From the NCBI GenBank assembly GCA_964243405.1, contig CAXTFJ010000005.1:9882-73881 (forward strand): a stretch of 64,000 nt of DNA. Direction: 5' to 3'. The stretch is from an uncultured Lichenihabitans sp. (GTDB taxonomy: Bacteria; Pseudomonadota; Alphaproteobacteria; Rhizobiales; Beijerinckiaceae). The notes under the pieces were generated by a model that did not search any database, was not told the DNA's origin, and worked only from the letters and a program-made list of their open reading frames with translations. This document shows positions 18,559 to 28,421 of this stretch, in pieces. Numbering within the stretch: the stretch's first letter is position 1; the number at the start of each line of letters is the position of its first letter. Both the position numbers and the translations under genes were made by a program.

Positions 18559-19575
18559 ATGCTCAGGATCGTGCTGCGGCGCCTGCTCGTGATGCCGTTC
18601 CTGATCGTGGGCATCATCACCGCGACCTTCGTGCTCGCGCAGTTCACCAAGGGCAATCCGCTGGTGTCGATCATCGGCGCCCGGTCGCTGGACAACCCCG
18701 AGATCGTGGCGGCCGCCAAGGCCCGCTGGGGGCTCGACCGCTCGGTTCCCGAGCGCTACGCGATCTACGTGGCGAACCTCGCGCGGGGCGACATGGGCAC
18801 GTCGTTCCGCACCAAGCAGCCCGTGCTGACCGACCTCGCGCAGCGCCTCCCCGCCACGCTCGAACTCGTCACCTGCGCCATGATCGTGGGCGTGGTGACG
18901 GGGATCGGGCTCGGCGTGGTTTCGGCGCACTTCAGCGGCGGCCCGGCGGATCACGCGGCCCGGTTCGTCGCCCTCGCGGGCTCGTGCATCCCGATGTTCT
19001 GGCTCGGGTTGCTCGCGCTGTTCCTGTTCTCCGTGCAGACCCACGTCCTGCCGGGACCGGGGCGTCTCGATATCCGCTCGGCGCCGCCGCCCGCCATCAC
19101 CGGCTTCCTGCTCGTCGACACGCTGCTCCACCGCGATGGCCAAGCCTTCGGCGACGCCCTGCGCCACCTCGTCCTGCCGTCGGTCGTGCTGGGCTGGTCG
19201 GTGACGGGCATCGTGTCGCGCATGGTGCGCGCCGGCATGCTCGACGTGATGGGCCAGGACTTCATCGTCATGGCGCGCGCCAAGGGCGCCGGCGCCGTCC
19301 GCGTCCTCCTCCGCCACGCCCTGCGCAACGCCCTCATCCCCACGCTCACCATCCTGGGCTTCACCTTCGCCTACCTGATCACCGGTTCGGTGCTGGTTGA
19401 AACGATCTTCTCGTGGCCCGGCATCGGGTCCTACGCGGTCGACGCGGCCCGCTCGCTCGACTACCCGGCCATCACGGGCGTTACGATCATCGGTGGGCTC
19501 GGCTTCCTGCTCGCCAACCTGGTGACCGACATCGCCTACGCCGCGGCCGACCCCCGCATGCGCGCCGCGGCTTGA
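18559..19575 (+). CDS. Peptide/nickel ABC permease (DppB-like)
   Basis: GDMGTS, ARAKG, ETIFSWPGIG and DPR. Confidence 0.93.
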   Translation: MLRIVLRRLLVMPFLIVGIITATFVLAQFTKGNPLVSIIGARSLDNPEIVAAAKARWGLDRSVPERYAIYVANLARGDMGTSFRTKQPVLTDLAQRLPATLELVTCAMIVGVVTGIGLGVVSAHFSGGPADHAARFVALAGSCIPMFWLGLLALFLFSVQTHVLPGPGRLDIRSAPPPAITGFLLVDTLLHRDGQAFGDALRHLVLPSVVLGWSVTGIVSRMVRAGMLDVMGQDFIVMARAKGAGAVRVLLRHALRNALIPTLTILGFTFAYLITGSVLVETIFSWPGIGSYAVDAARSLDYPAITGVTIIGGLGFLLANLVTDIAYAAADPRMRAAA

Positions 19576-19580
19576 CCGCG

Positions 19581-20453
19581 GTGTCCGCCACCGCGATCCC
19601 CGCGCCCGGGCGGCGCAGCATCGTGACCCGCTTCGGTGGCCGCCTGAACTGGCGGTCGATGCCCGTCGTGCTGTCCGCGGTGCTGGTGCTCGGCTTCGTC
19701 GCGGTCGCCGTCACGGTGCCGTACTGGACGCCCTACGATCCCATCGGCCTCGCGGGTCGGCGGCTGCAGCCGCCGTCGGGGGCGCACTGGTTCGGCACCG
19801 ACGCGCTGGGGCGCGACGTGCTGACCCGCACGCTCTGGGGCGCCCGCTACTCGCTGCCGATCGCGGTTCTGGTACTCGCGGTCGGCGTCACGATCGGGGT
19901 CGTGGTCGGCGCCGCGGCGGGCTTCGTGGGCCGCTGGCTCGACACCGTCCTCATGCGGCTCGCCGATGTCACGCTGGCCTTCCCGCCCGTGCTGCTGGCC
20001 ATGGCGATCGCGGCCTCGCTCGGCCCCGGCCTGGTCCACACCGCGGTCGCGCTCATCATCGTGTGGTGGCCGATCTACGCGCGCCTCATGCGGGCGCAGG
20101 TCCTCAACGTGCGCGAACTCGACCATGTCGACGCGGCGGTCGTGTCGGGGGTTCGCCCAGCCCGCATCCTGTTCAAGCACATCGTACCGCTCTGCTGGAG
20201 CCCGATCCTGGTCAACACCACGATGGACGTGGGCCAGGTCATCCTGCTCGCGAGCGGGCTGAGCTTCATCGGCCTCGGCGCCCAGCCCCCCACCCCCGAG
20301 TGGGGCCAGATGATCGCCGAGGGCGCGTCGAACTTCTACTCGTGGTGGATCGCGCTCGGGCCGGGCCTCGCGATCTTCCTCATCTCGCTCGCGTCCAACT
20401 TCCTGGGCGACGGCGTGCGCGACCTCATCGATCCGCAGAAGAACTCGGCGTGA
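19581..20453 (+). CDS. Peptide/nickel ABC permease (DppC-like)
   Basis: [23 protein letters not shown] and [11 protein letters not shown]; GTG start 19581. Confidence 0.92.
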   Translation: MSATAIPAPGRRSIVTRFGGRLNWRSMPVVLSAVLVLGFVAVAVTVPYWTPYDPIGLAGRRLQPPSGAHWFGTDALGRDVLTRTLWGARYSLPIAVLVLAVGVTIGVVVGAAAGFVGRWLDTVLMRLADVTLAFPPVLLAMAIAASLGPGLVHTAVALIIVWWPIYARLMRAQVLNVRELDHVDAAVVSGVRPARILFKHIVPLCWSPILVNTTMDVGQVILLASGLSFIGLGAQPPTPEWGQMIAEGASNFYSWWIALGPGLAIFLISLASNFLGDGVRDLIDPQKNSA

Positions 20454-21456
20454 GCGGGACCTCGAAGCTTCTTCTCGAGGTGCGTGGCCTGCGTGTCGCG
20501 CTGCCCGGCCGCGGCGTCGAACGGGTCGCGGTCGACAACGTCGATTTCGAGGTCGCCCGCGGCGAGGTGCTGGGCCTCGTGGGCGAATCCGGGTCGGGCA
20601 AGAGCCTGTCGATGCTCGCCGTCATGGGCCTGCTGCCGCGCGGGCTGCGGGCGGGGGGCTCCGTCCGCTTCGACGGAGAGCAGATCCTGGGCGCCCCGAG
20701 CGCCGGATGCGGGCCTTGCGCGGCCGCCGCATCGCCATGGTGTTCCAGGACCCGATGACCGCGCTCAACCCCGTGCTGACCGTCGGCGCGCAGATCACCG
20801 AGGCCGTGAAGCTGCACAACCCGCGGCTGTCGGGGCGCGAGCGCAGGGCGCGGGCGGTGGAACTGATGGAGCTGGTCGCGATCCCTGCGGCTGAGCGGCG
20901 CTTCGACCAGTTCCCGCACGAGTTCTCCGGCGGCATGCGCCAGCGCGTCGTCATTGCGATCGCGGTCGCCAACGATCCGGACCTGCTGATCGCCGACGAG
21001 CCCACCACGGCGCTCGACGTGACGATCCAGGCGCAGATCGTCGAGATCCTCCACCGCCTCCGGCGCGACAAGGGCGTGGCGGTGGTGCTGATCACCCACG
21101 ACCTCGGCCTGGTGGCGAGCCTCGCGGACCGGATCACGATCCTTTACGCCGGGCGGGTGGCCGAGCGGGGCGCGATCGACGACGTCTTCGCGCGGCCGCG
21201 CCACCCCTACACGGCCGGGCTCCTGGCCGCGGTCCCCTCGGTCGAGACGGAGGTCGCGCGCCTGCACGCGATCGACGGCGCCCCGCCATCGATCACCGCC
21301 CGGCCGACCGGATGCCCCTTCCATCCGCGCTGCGCCTTCGCGCTGCCGGTGTGCGGGGAGCGCGACCCCGCCTACCAGCGTTTCGGAGACACGATGGCGG
21401 CCTGCCACCGCGCCGCCGACATAGACCCGATGGCGGAAGCGGCGCATGGCCTCTGA
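20450..21456 (+). pseudogene. Peptide ABC ATPase (DppD-like) with -1 frameshift at 20694-20697
   Basis: GESGSGKS lies in one frame and MVFQDP, SGGMRQR, DEPT and HPYT in another; adding one C to the C4 run restores GAPERRMR. Sequencing error is possible. Confidence 0.85.
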
Positions 21457-22435
21457 TCCGGCGGGAGCCCTGCTCCGGGTCGAGGACGTCCGCGTGGATT
21501 TCCCCGTTCTCGACGGCCTGCTCTTCAAGCGCCGGGTCGGCACGATCGGGGCCGTCGCGGGCGTCTCGCTGGCGCTGGCGCCGGGCGAAACCCTCAGCCT
21601 CGTGGGTGAATCCGGCTGCGGCAAGTCGACCCTTGCCCGCGCGATCGTGCGGCTCGGCACGCCGAGCCGGGGCCGCATCCTGTTCAAGGGCGTCGACCTC
21701 GCGGCGCTGTCGCCGGCCGCCATGCGGCCCTACCGCAAGCACCTCCAGCTCGTGTTCCAGAACCCTTACGCGTGCCTGCACCCGCGCATGACGGCCGGCG
21801 ACATCATCGCCGAACCGCTGCGGATGCTCGGGCTCGACCGGCGCGAGCGCGCCGCGCGGGTGGCGCGCGCCATGGCTCGCGTGCAGCTGCTTCCCGAGCA
21901 GGCGGAGCGCTACCCCTTCGCGTTCTCGGGCGGCCAGCGCCAGCGGATCGGTATCGCCAGGGCGCTCGCCGTCGACCCCGAGGTCGTCGTGCTGGACGAG
22001 CCCGTCTCGGCGCTCGACGTGTCGGTGCAGGCGGGCGTCCTGAACCTGCTCAAGGACCTGCAGGTCCAGCTCGGCATGGCCTACGTCTTCATCGCCCACA
22101 ATCTGTCGGTCGTGCACCACATCTCGGACCGCGTCGCGGTCATGTACCTGGGCAAGGTCGTCGAGACCGCGCCGCGCGACCGGCTCTACCGGCATCCCGC
22201 CCACCCCTACACCGAGGCGCTGCTTTCGGCCGCGCCGGTACCCGATCCGCCGCGCGAGCGGCAGCGCCGGCGCATCGTCCTGACGGGGGAGATCCCGTCT
22301 CCCGCCGACCGGCCGACCGGTTGCGGCTTCCGCACCCGCTGCCCGCGGGCCAACGCGACCTGCGCCGCCGTCGAGCCCCCGCCACTCCCGGTCGCGGAGG
22401 GACACCTCGTCAGCTGCCATTACCCGTCGCGGTAG
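21446..22435 (+). CDS. Peptide ABC ATPase (DppF-like)
   Basis: [27 protein letters not shown] and C-terminal Cys cluster. Confidence 0.93.
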   Translation: MASDPAGALLRVEDVRVDFPVLDGLLFKRRVGTIGAVAGVSLALAPGETLSLVGESGCGKSTLARAIVRLGTPSRGRILFKGVDLAALSPAAMRPYRKHLQLVFQNPYACLHPRMTAGDIIAEPLRMLGLDRRERAARVARAMARVQLLPEQAERYPFAFSGGQRQRIGIARALAVDPEVVVLDEPVSALDVSVQAGVLNLLKDLQVQLGMAYVFIAHNLSVVHHISDRVAVMYLGKVVETAPRDRLYRHPAHPYTEALLSAAPVPDPPRERQRRRIVLTGEIPSPADRPTGCGFRTRCPRANATCAAVEPPPLPVAEGHLVSCHYPSR

Positions 22436-22486
22436 GAACGGGCGGTACGATCCCTGCATGGGACCCCGGCACCGTGGAGGGAGATC

Positions 22487-23212
22487 ATGCTCCGGTCGAT
22501 CGATCCTGCACACCCCGCGTCGGACCCACGCGTGGAGGAGGTCCAATGCTTCGCGCGCGGCGCGTTGCGCGCCTCGTCCTGCATCTTCTACTGGACGGAC
22601 GAGTCGCTCGAAATGCAGGACGCGAACCTGTCCGGCATGTCCCCCGCCATGTTCGAGGCCTATCGCGACGGGATGGACAAGTGCGATCCCCTCAACATCC
22701 CGCGCCTGGTCGGGTCGGGGAAGCGGGTGTCGACCCTGAGGGTCGACCGCGACCTCGCTCCCCCCGACGACCTCAACCGGTACGAAAGCTACCTGAACCA
22801 GGGCGGGGTGCGCGACGTCATAGACCTCATGTTCTGGCGCGGCGGTGTCGCCTTCGCGGGTCTCGGGCTTCTCAAGAACGACGGCGACCCTCCGGTCTGC
22901 CCGGACACGCTTTCGCTCGCCACGACCATGCAGCGCTACATCGAGTTCACTTTCGCGAGCCACCCTCGGGTGCAGGACCGGGTTCTGCACCGCGACCTCA
23001 AGCGCAGCTATTTTTTGACGCAGCGCGAGATCGAAGTCAGCGAATTGGTTCGGCGCGGCTGCACCAACCACGACATCGCCGAGGAGCTCGGCATCGGGCT
23101 GCCGACGGTCAAGACCCACATCATGCGCATCTTCGACAAGCTCGGTATCGAGAACCGGGCCTCTCTCGCCGCAAGGCTCGGGCTGCTGGCGGGAACCGGA
23201 GGGCGCGCCTAG
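22487..23212 (+). CDS. LuxR-type C-terminal HTH regulator with uncharacterised N-terminal sensor domain
   Basis: LTQREIEV...GCTNHDIAEELGIGLPTVKTHIMRIFDKLG. Confidence 0.88.
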   Translation: MLRSIDPAHPASDPRVEEVQCFARGALRASSCIFYWTDESLEMQDANLSGMSPAMFEAYRDGMDKCDPLNIPRLVGSGKRVSTLRVDRDLAPPDDLNRYESYLNQGGVRDVIDLMFWRGGVAFAGLGLLKNDGDPPVCPDTLSLATTMQRYIEFTFASHPRVQDRVLHRDLKRSYFLTQREIEVSELVRRGCTNHDIAEELGIGLPTVKTHIMRIFDKLGIENRASLAARLGLLAGTGGRA

Positions 23213-23453
23213 CGCTACTGAGGCAGGCCAGCGGCAAGGCGGTCCGATCGGAAAACAACGACCTGCACGACGAGCTCGCCAGCCGGCTCGCCGAACTCAG
23301 GCTGGGAGAGCGCGTCGTGCCCGGCCCGAGGCAGGCGCGACCCGCTTCGGGGCCGCCGTCGAGACCCTGTGGTCGCCGCGGACGCAAAGTTCGACAGGCT
23401 CGTACCGCCCCGGCTCGTCCGCAGCGCCGCGGCGTTCCGCGACGGGCGCGGGC

Positions 23454-24410
23454 TCACCGCGGCAGGGCGAAGAGGTCGATCAGCAGCGTGTTGGCCGCGA
23501 GCAGGATGACACCCGTCAGCGCTTGGACCCTGATGACGCCGTAGCGGTCCGGCAGCTCCAGGAGCGCCGCCGGCACGATGTTGAAGTTCGCCGCCATCGG
23601 CGTCAGCAGCGTGCCGCAGAACCCCGACAGCATGCCGAGCGCGGAGACCGCCACCGGGTCGGCGTGGAACCGCGCCACCAGGACCGGCAGGCCGATGCCC
23701 GCGATCATCACGGGGAAGGCCGCAAACGCGTTGCCCATCACGATCGTGAACAGCGCCATGCCGAGCGTGAAGGCCAGTGTCGCGACCAGGCCGCTCGTCA
23801 TGGGCACGTGGTCGGTCACGAGCGCGGCCACGACCTTGCCGACGCCCGCCAGCGTGAACACGCCGCCGAGCGCGGCCAACAGCTGCGGCAGCACGGCCGC
23901 CCAGCCGACACTGTCGATCAGCCGCCGCCCCTCGTGCAGGGGCGCCGCGAGCGGCGGACGCAGTATCGCGAGGCCCACCGCCAGCGCGCAAAGCACGCCA
24001 AGCGCGAGCGCGATCAGCGTCGCCTGCGCGGGGTCGATCAGGGCCGCGCCGCCGATCCGAATATCCTTCAGGAAGAGGGTGCCGAGCACCGCGACGGCCG
24101 GAATGACCAGGGCGGGCACGACCAGGCGATTGCCCAGGCGTGCGGCGCTCGCGGCGCGCTCGGCCGGGCTGGTGGTGCGGACGGGGCCGGGCCGCAGGCC
24201 GCCGAAGCCCGCCACCGCGACCATGACCAGCAGGAGCGCGCCGTCCGCCGCGTCGGGCAGGTGCGAGCCGAGCAGGAAGGTGACCGCGTAGGCGCCCCAG
24301 AAGATGGCGCTGCGCCAGCGCCGCGGGTTGGCGCGGTCGAGCGCGTGCTGGAGTGCGAAGGCGCCGAACATGAGCCCGGCCAGGATGTAGACCTGCTCCA
24401 GCCCGATCAC
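23454..24410 (-). CDS. DUF979 membrane protein (5-oxoproline transporter-associated)
   Basis: LPQLLAALGGVF, MGNAFAAFP and TPMAANFNIVPAALLEL. Confidence 0.9.
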   Translation of the reverse strand: MIGLEQVYILAGLMFGAFALQHALDRANPRRWRSAIFWGAYAVTFLLGSHLPDAADGALLLVMVAVAGFGGLRPGPVRTTSPAERAASAARLGNRLVVPALVIPAVAVLGTLFLKDIRIGGAALIDPAQATLIALALGVLCALAVGLAILRPPLAAPLHEGRRLIDSVGWAAVLPQLLAALGGVFTLAGVGKVVAALVTDHVPMTSGLVATLAFTLGMALFTIVMGNAFAAFPVMIAGIGLPVLVARFHADPVAVSALGMLSGFCGTLLTPMAANFNIVPAALLELPDRYGVIRVQALTGVILLAANTLLIDLFALPR

Positions 24411-25078
24411 GCTCGGGCCTCCCGGGCGCGCTTCAGGCGGCGGTCGAGCAGCAGCAGGCGCGCGCCGTGCACCCCGAAGGCGAGCACGGCGGTGGGCACG
24501 GCCCAGAGCGCGAGACTGAGCGGCTCGACGGCGATGCCGTTCTGCCCCAGCACGCCCTTGATCAGCAGGATGGAGCCGATCGCGACGAAGATGTCCTCGC
24601 CGAAGAACACGCCGATGTTGTCGACCGCGGCCGCGTTGGCGCGGATGGTCATGCGCGTGGCCTCGTCGAGCGGGCCGTCCTTCTCGGCGACGGCCTCCGC
24701 CATGGGGGCGATCAGCGGGCGCACCATCTGGGCGTGGCCGCCGATCGAGGTGAGGCCGAGGGCGGCCGTGACCTGGCGGAACAGCAGGTAGGCGAGCAGG
24801 AGCCGTCCGACGGTGGCGGCCTGGACGCGGGCGATCAGCGTCTGCGCCCGCTCGCGCAGGCCCGCGCGCTCCAGCAGGCCGATCACCGGCACCACGAGCC
24901 AGATGACCGCGACGTAGCGGCTGGTCACGAAGGCGTGGCCGAGGGCGGCCAGCACGGCGAGCGGCCCGAGCCCGGCCGCGAGGCCCGTCGCGAAGGCCGC
25001 GGCCGCGACCACCAGCAGCGGGTTGATGCGGGCCGCGAGCCCCGCGACCATGACGGCGATTCCCGACAAGACAAGCAT
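24407..25078 (-). CDS. DUF969 membrane protein (5-oxoproline transporter-associated)
   Basis: NPLLVV, GLLERAGL, GGHAQMVRP and DNIGVFFGED. Confidence 0.9.
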   Translation of the reverse strand: MLVLSGIAVMVAGLAARINPLLVVAAAAFATGLAAGLGPLAVLAALGHAFVTSRYVAVIWLVVPVIGLLERAGLRERAQTLIARVQAATVGRLLLAYLLFRQVTAALGLTSIGGHAQMVRPLIAPMAEAVAEKDGPLDEATRMTIRANAAAVDNIGVFFGEDIFVAIGSILLIKGVLGQNGIAVEPLSLALWAVPTAVLAFGVHGARLLLLDRRLKRAREARA

Positions 25079-25282
25079 GACCCGTGCCCCTCCGTTCGCG
25101 CCGCGGCTCCGCGACGGCGGTGACGAGCGAAGCACGGCGGGTGCCAGAAGGACCGCGTCGACGCGAGCGGCCTCTCAGCCCTGCGCTATCAGCTGCCGCC
25201 GGCATGCTGCCATGTCTGCTCGCGGGTCGCATGCTTTTGACCAAGCACGAGTCGCATTCCTGGCCTTCGTTGGCCTTGCCGA

Positions 25283-26515
25283 TCAGCTGTCCAGGTGATT
25301 GCGGCAGACCCGGCCGCCTTGCATCACGACCCGCAGGTTAGCGCGGGGCTCGGCCAGGAGGGCGACGTTCTCCAGCGGGTTGCCGTCGACGGCGATGAGG
25401 TCGGCCAGGGCGCCTTCCCGGACCACGCCGACCTTGCCGTCCATGCCGATGAGCTTCGCCGCGACCGTGGTGGCGCTGGCCAGCACATCACGGGACGGCA
25501 GCACGCGGGCGCGGATCGCGAACTCCTCGCACTGCCGCTCATGCGACTCGCCGAGCAGGTCCGTCCCGTAGGCCATCGTCACGCCGGCCGCGTGCAGCAG
25601 GCCCAGGCTGTCCATCCCGGAGCTGCGGACGTCGGCGATCTTGGCGACGCTTTCCGGCGGGAAGCCGAACCGCGCCCCGTCCTGCGCCAAAGCTTCGTAG
25701 ATCACGAGCGTGGGGACCGCGACGGCGCCGGCCGCCGCGGCCAGGGCGGCCGCCTCCGCGTCGATCACGTTGCAATGCTCAAGCGAGTGCACGCCGCAGC
25801 GCACGGCCCGCTTGATGGCCTCCGCGGTGTACAGGTGGGCGGCGACATAGGTCTGCGCGTCGGCCGCCTCCTCAACGATCGCGGTGATCTCATCGACCGA
25901 GTAGCCGATCCAGGCCACGGGGTCCGTCGGGCTGCCCACCCCGCCGTTGGCCATGATCTTGAGGAAGCGCGCGCCCTGGCGGAGCTCCTGCCGGGCGGCG
26001 CGCCGCACCTCGTCGACCCCGTCGGCCACGCGGCCCAAAGCGCCGAAGTTCGCGCGCCAGCGGTAGGGGTCGTGCGTGTCGTGGCGAGGGCGGAAATCCG
26101 TGTGGCCGCCCGTCTTCGACAGGGCCTTGCCGCACACGATCAGCCGCGGCCCCTCGGCCAAGCCCTGCTCGACCGCCTCGGCGAGGGCGTAAGGGGCGCC
26201 GCCCACGTCCCGGACGGTGGTGAAGCCGCGGTCCAACATGCCGCGCATGATCGGCAGGCTGCGCAGCACCGCGGTGACCTCGGGCAGCTGGGCGTTCGCC
26301 GACAGGTTCAGCATGCTGGCCACGACGTGGACGTGGCAGTCGATCAACCCGGGCATGAGGGTCAGGCCGCGCAGGTCGATGACGCGCCGTCCCTCGGCGG
26401 GCTTCGCGGCAGCATCGAGGTCGCGGATGATGCCGTCCTCCACGAGCACGTTGCCGGGACGCGGCTCGGGAAGCGTGGCGTCCACCACGAGCGCATTGGC
26501 GAACAGGACCTGCAT
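25283..26515 (-). CDS. Amidohydrolase superfamily protein (prolidase-like subgroup)
   Basis: PGLIDCHVH, GFTTVRD, KIMANGG, SLEH, YGTD and GALADLI. Confidence 0.9.
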   Translation of the reverse strand: MQVLFANALVVDATLPEPRPGNVLVEDGIIRDLDAAAKPAEGRRVIDLRGLTLMPGLIDCHVHVVASMLNLSANAQLPEVTAVLRSLPIMRGMLDRGFTTVRDVGGAPYALAEAVEQGLAEGPRLIVCGKALSKTGGHTDFRPRHDTHDPYRWRANFGALGRVADGVDEVRRAARQELRQGARFLKIMANGGVGSPTDPVAWIGYSVDEITAIVEEAADAQTYVAAHLYTAEAIKRAVRCGVHSLEHCNVIDAEAAALAAAAGAVAVPTLVIYEALAQDGARFGFPPESVAKIADVRSSGMDSLGLLHAAGVTMAYGTDLLGESHERQCEEFAIRARVLPSRDVLASATTVAAKLIGMDGKVGVVREGALADLIAVDGNPLENVALLAEPRANLRVVMQGGRVCRNHLDS

Positions 26516-26552
26516 GGATCGACTCCTTGGCGTGCGTCCTAAGGAAACGGGA

Positions 26553-28421
26553 TCAGCCGGGCGCGGCGGCGCCGGCGGGGGCCGGCGCCTCGTCCGGCAA
26601 GGGCATGCCGGCCATCAGGCGCAGCAGGTCCATCTCGTCCACCTGCGCGGCAGTCCGCTCCATCGCGACCCGCCCCAGGCGAAGGACGACGATGCGGTCG
26701 GCCACGCCCAGCACGGTCCCGATGTCGTGGGAGATGAGGATCACGCCGGTGCCCGCGTCCGCGATGCCGCGGATGAGATCCAGGACGGCCGCGGTCTGGT
26801 GCACACCGAGCGCCGCGGTCGGCTCGTCCAGAATCACGACCTTGACGTCCGGGTGGACGGCCCTCGCAATCGCGACGGCCTGCCGCTGGCCGCCCGACAG
26901 GTCGGTGACCAGGGTGTCCTGCGAGGGCAGGTTGACGCCGAGCCTGGCGAGCCGTTCCGCCGCGATGCGCCGAGCCTGGCCGTCGTCGCGCGCGGGCAGG
27001 AGGCCGAACATCGTCGTCGTGGGTTCCTGCCCGAGCATCATGTTGTGGGCGACGCTGAGGTTCGGACACAGGGCGAGGTCCTGATAGACGGTCTCGATGC
27101 CGCGCTCCCGCATCTGCGCCGGGCTGTGGACCGGGACCGGGGCGCCGCCCACGGCCACCGTACCGGCGTCGGGCGCGATCGCCCCGGAGAGGATCTTGAT
27201 AAGGGTCGACTTGCCCGCTCCGTTGTCGCCGAGCAGGCAGACCACCTCGCCGGGACGCACGTCGAGATCGGCATCCGCGAGCGCCTGCACGGCGCCGTAG
27301 CGCTTGGCGAGACCCCGGGCCGTGAGGATCGGCGCGCGGTCGCTCAGGCCGGGGGCGCTGCGGTGGCGGGGCCGTTGCACCACGGCCCGGCTTTCGCTCA
27401 CCCCTTCCCGCTTGGCGGCGATGGACGCCTTGGTGCCGAGGAAGCGCCTGCGCTGGACCAACTGGTCGGCCCCGAGCGCGAGCAGCAGCAATATGCCCCG
27501 GCTCGTGTCCTGAAAGAAGAACGGCAAGCCGAGGAACACCAGGCCGGCGTTCAGGATCGCGATGGCCGCGATGCCGTACAGGATGCCGAGCGGCCGGCCG
27601 GACCCGCCCGTGAACGCCACCCCGCCGAGGATCACCGCGGTCAGCACGCCGAATTCGAAGCCGGTGCCCGCGGTGGGCGAGCCGATCCCCAGGCGCGCCG
27701 TGGTCAGCACGGCCGCGACCGCCACCATCAGTCCGTTGAACCCGAAGGTGGCGAGCACGGTCGCGTCGGCCGGGATGCCGCTCAGCCGCGCGGCAAGCGT
27801 GTTGCCGCCGATCGCGTAGAGCCGTAGGCCGAACCGCGTTCGGGTCAGGCCGTAGGCCGTGGCCCCGAACAGCGCCAGCGTCACCACGACCGGCGTCCGG
27901 ACAGGGCCGATGCTACTCCGGCCCACGGCCACGAAGCCGGTCGGCAGGCCGCCGATCGTGTCGCCGTTGGTGACGAAGAATGCGACGCCCCCGAAGATGA
28001 TCATCGTCGCGACCGTGACGATGATGGGCGAGATCGCCAGCGCCCGGACCAGCAGCCCATTGGCGAGCCCGAGCAGCAGGCCGGCCGCGGCCGCAGCCGC
28101 GCCGCTGCCCGTCACGACGGCGAGCTTCGCCACCGCGACACCCACCAGCGCGTAGAGCGTTCCGATCGACAGGTCGATGTTGCCCGTGATGAGAAGGCAC
28201 GCCGTCCCCAGCGCCGCGATGCCCAGCGCGGACGAGTTCAGCGCGATGCTGTTCGCGTTGGCCACCGTTCCGAAGCTGGGGAACGCGACCGAGAAGCCCG
28301 CCGCCAGGAGGATGGCGATGGCGAGCAGGCCGGTGCGGCTGCCCGCGCTGCCCGGCTGCATGAAGGATGGCTGCGCGCGGGGCCGCTGGAACGGCGCGGC
28401 CATCGCGCGAGGGTCAGACAT
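26553..28421 (-). CDS. Fused sugar-type ABC permease (RbsC-like) plus single ATPase domain
   Basis: N-half has IDLSIG, RLYAIGGN, FEFGVLTAVILGG; C-half has GDNGAGKSTL, YQDLAL, LSGGQRQ, LDEPT and ISH; one continuous frame. Confidence 0.88.
   Translation of the reverse strand: MSDPRAMAAPFQRPRAQPSFMQPGSAGSRTGLLAIAILLAAGFSVAFPSFGTVANANSIALNSSALGIAALGTACLLITGNIDLSIGTLYALVGVAVAKLAVVTGSGAAAAAAGLLLGLANGLLVRALAISPIIVTVATMIIFGGVAFFVTNGDTIGGLPTGFVAVGRSSIGPVRTPVVVTLALFGATAYGLTRTRFGLRLYAIGGNTLAARLSGIPADATVLATFGFNGLMVAVAAVLTTARLGIGSPTAGTGFEFGVLTAVILGGVAFTGGSGRPLGILYGIAAIAILNAGLVFLGLPFFFQDTSRGILLLLALGADQLVQRRRFLGTKASIAAKREGVSESRAVVQRPRHRSAPGLSDRAPILTARGLAKRYGAVQALADADLDVRPGEVVCLLGDNGAGKSTLIKILSGAIAPDAGTVAVGGAPVPVHSPAQMRERGIETVYQDLALCPNLSVAHNMMLGQEPTTTMFGLLPARDDGQARRIAAERLARLGVNLPSQDTLVTDLSGGQRQAVAIARAVHPDVKVVILDEPTAALGVHQTAAVLDLIRGIADAGTGVILISHDIGTVLGVADRIVVLRLGRVAMERTAAQVDEMDLLRLMAGMPLPDEAPAPAGAAAPG

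Noticed and set aside
23212-23454. Possible gene remnant or terminator between convergent luxR and DUF979
   Set aside because: No recognisable motif and no clean stem plus U-tract.
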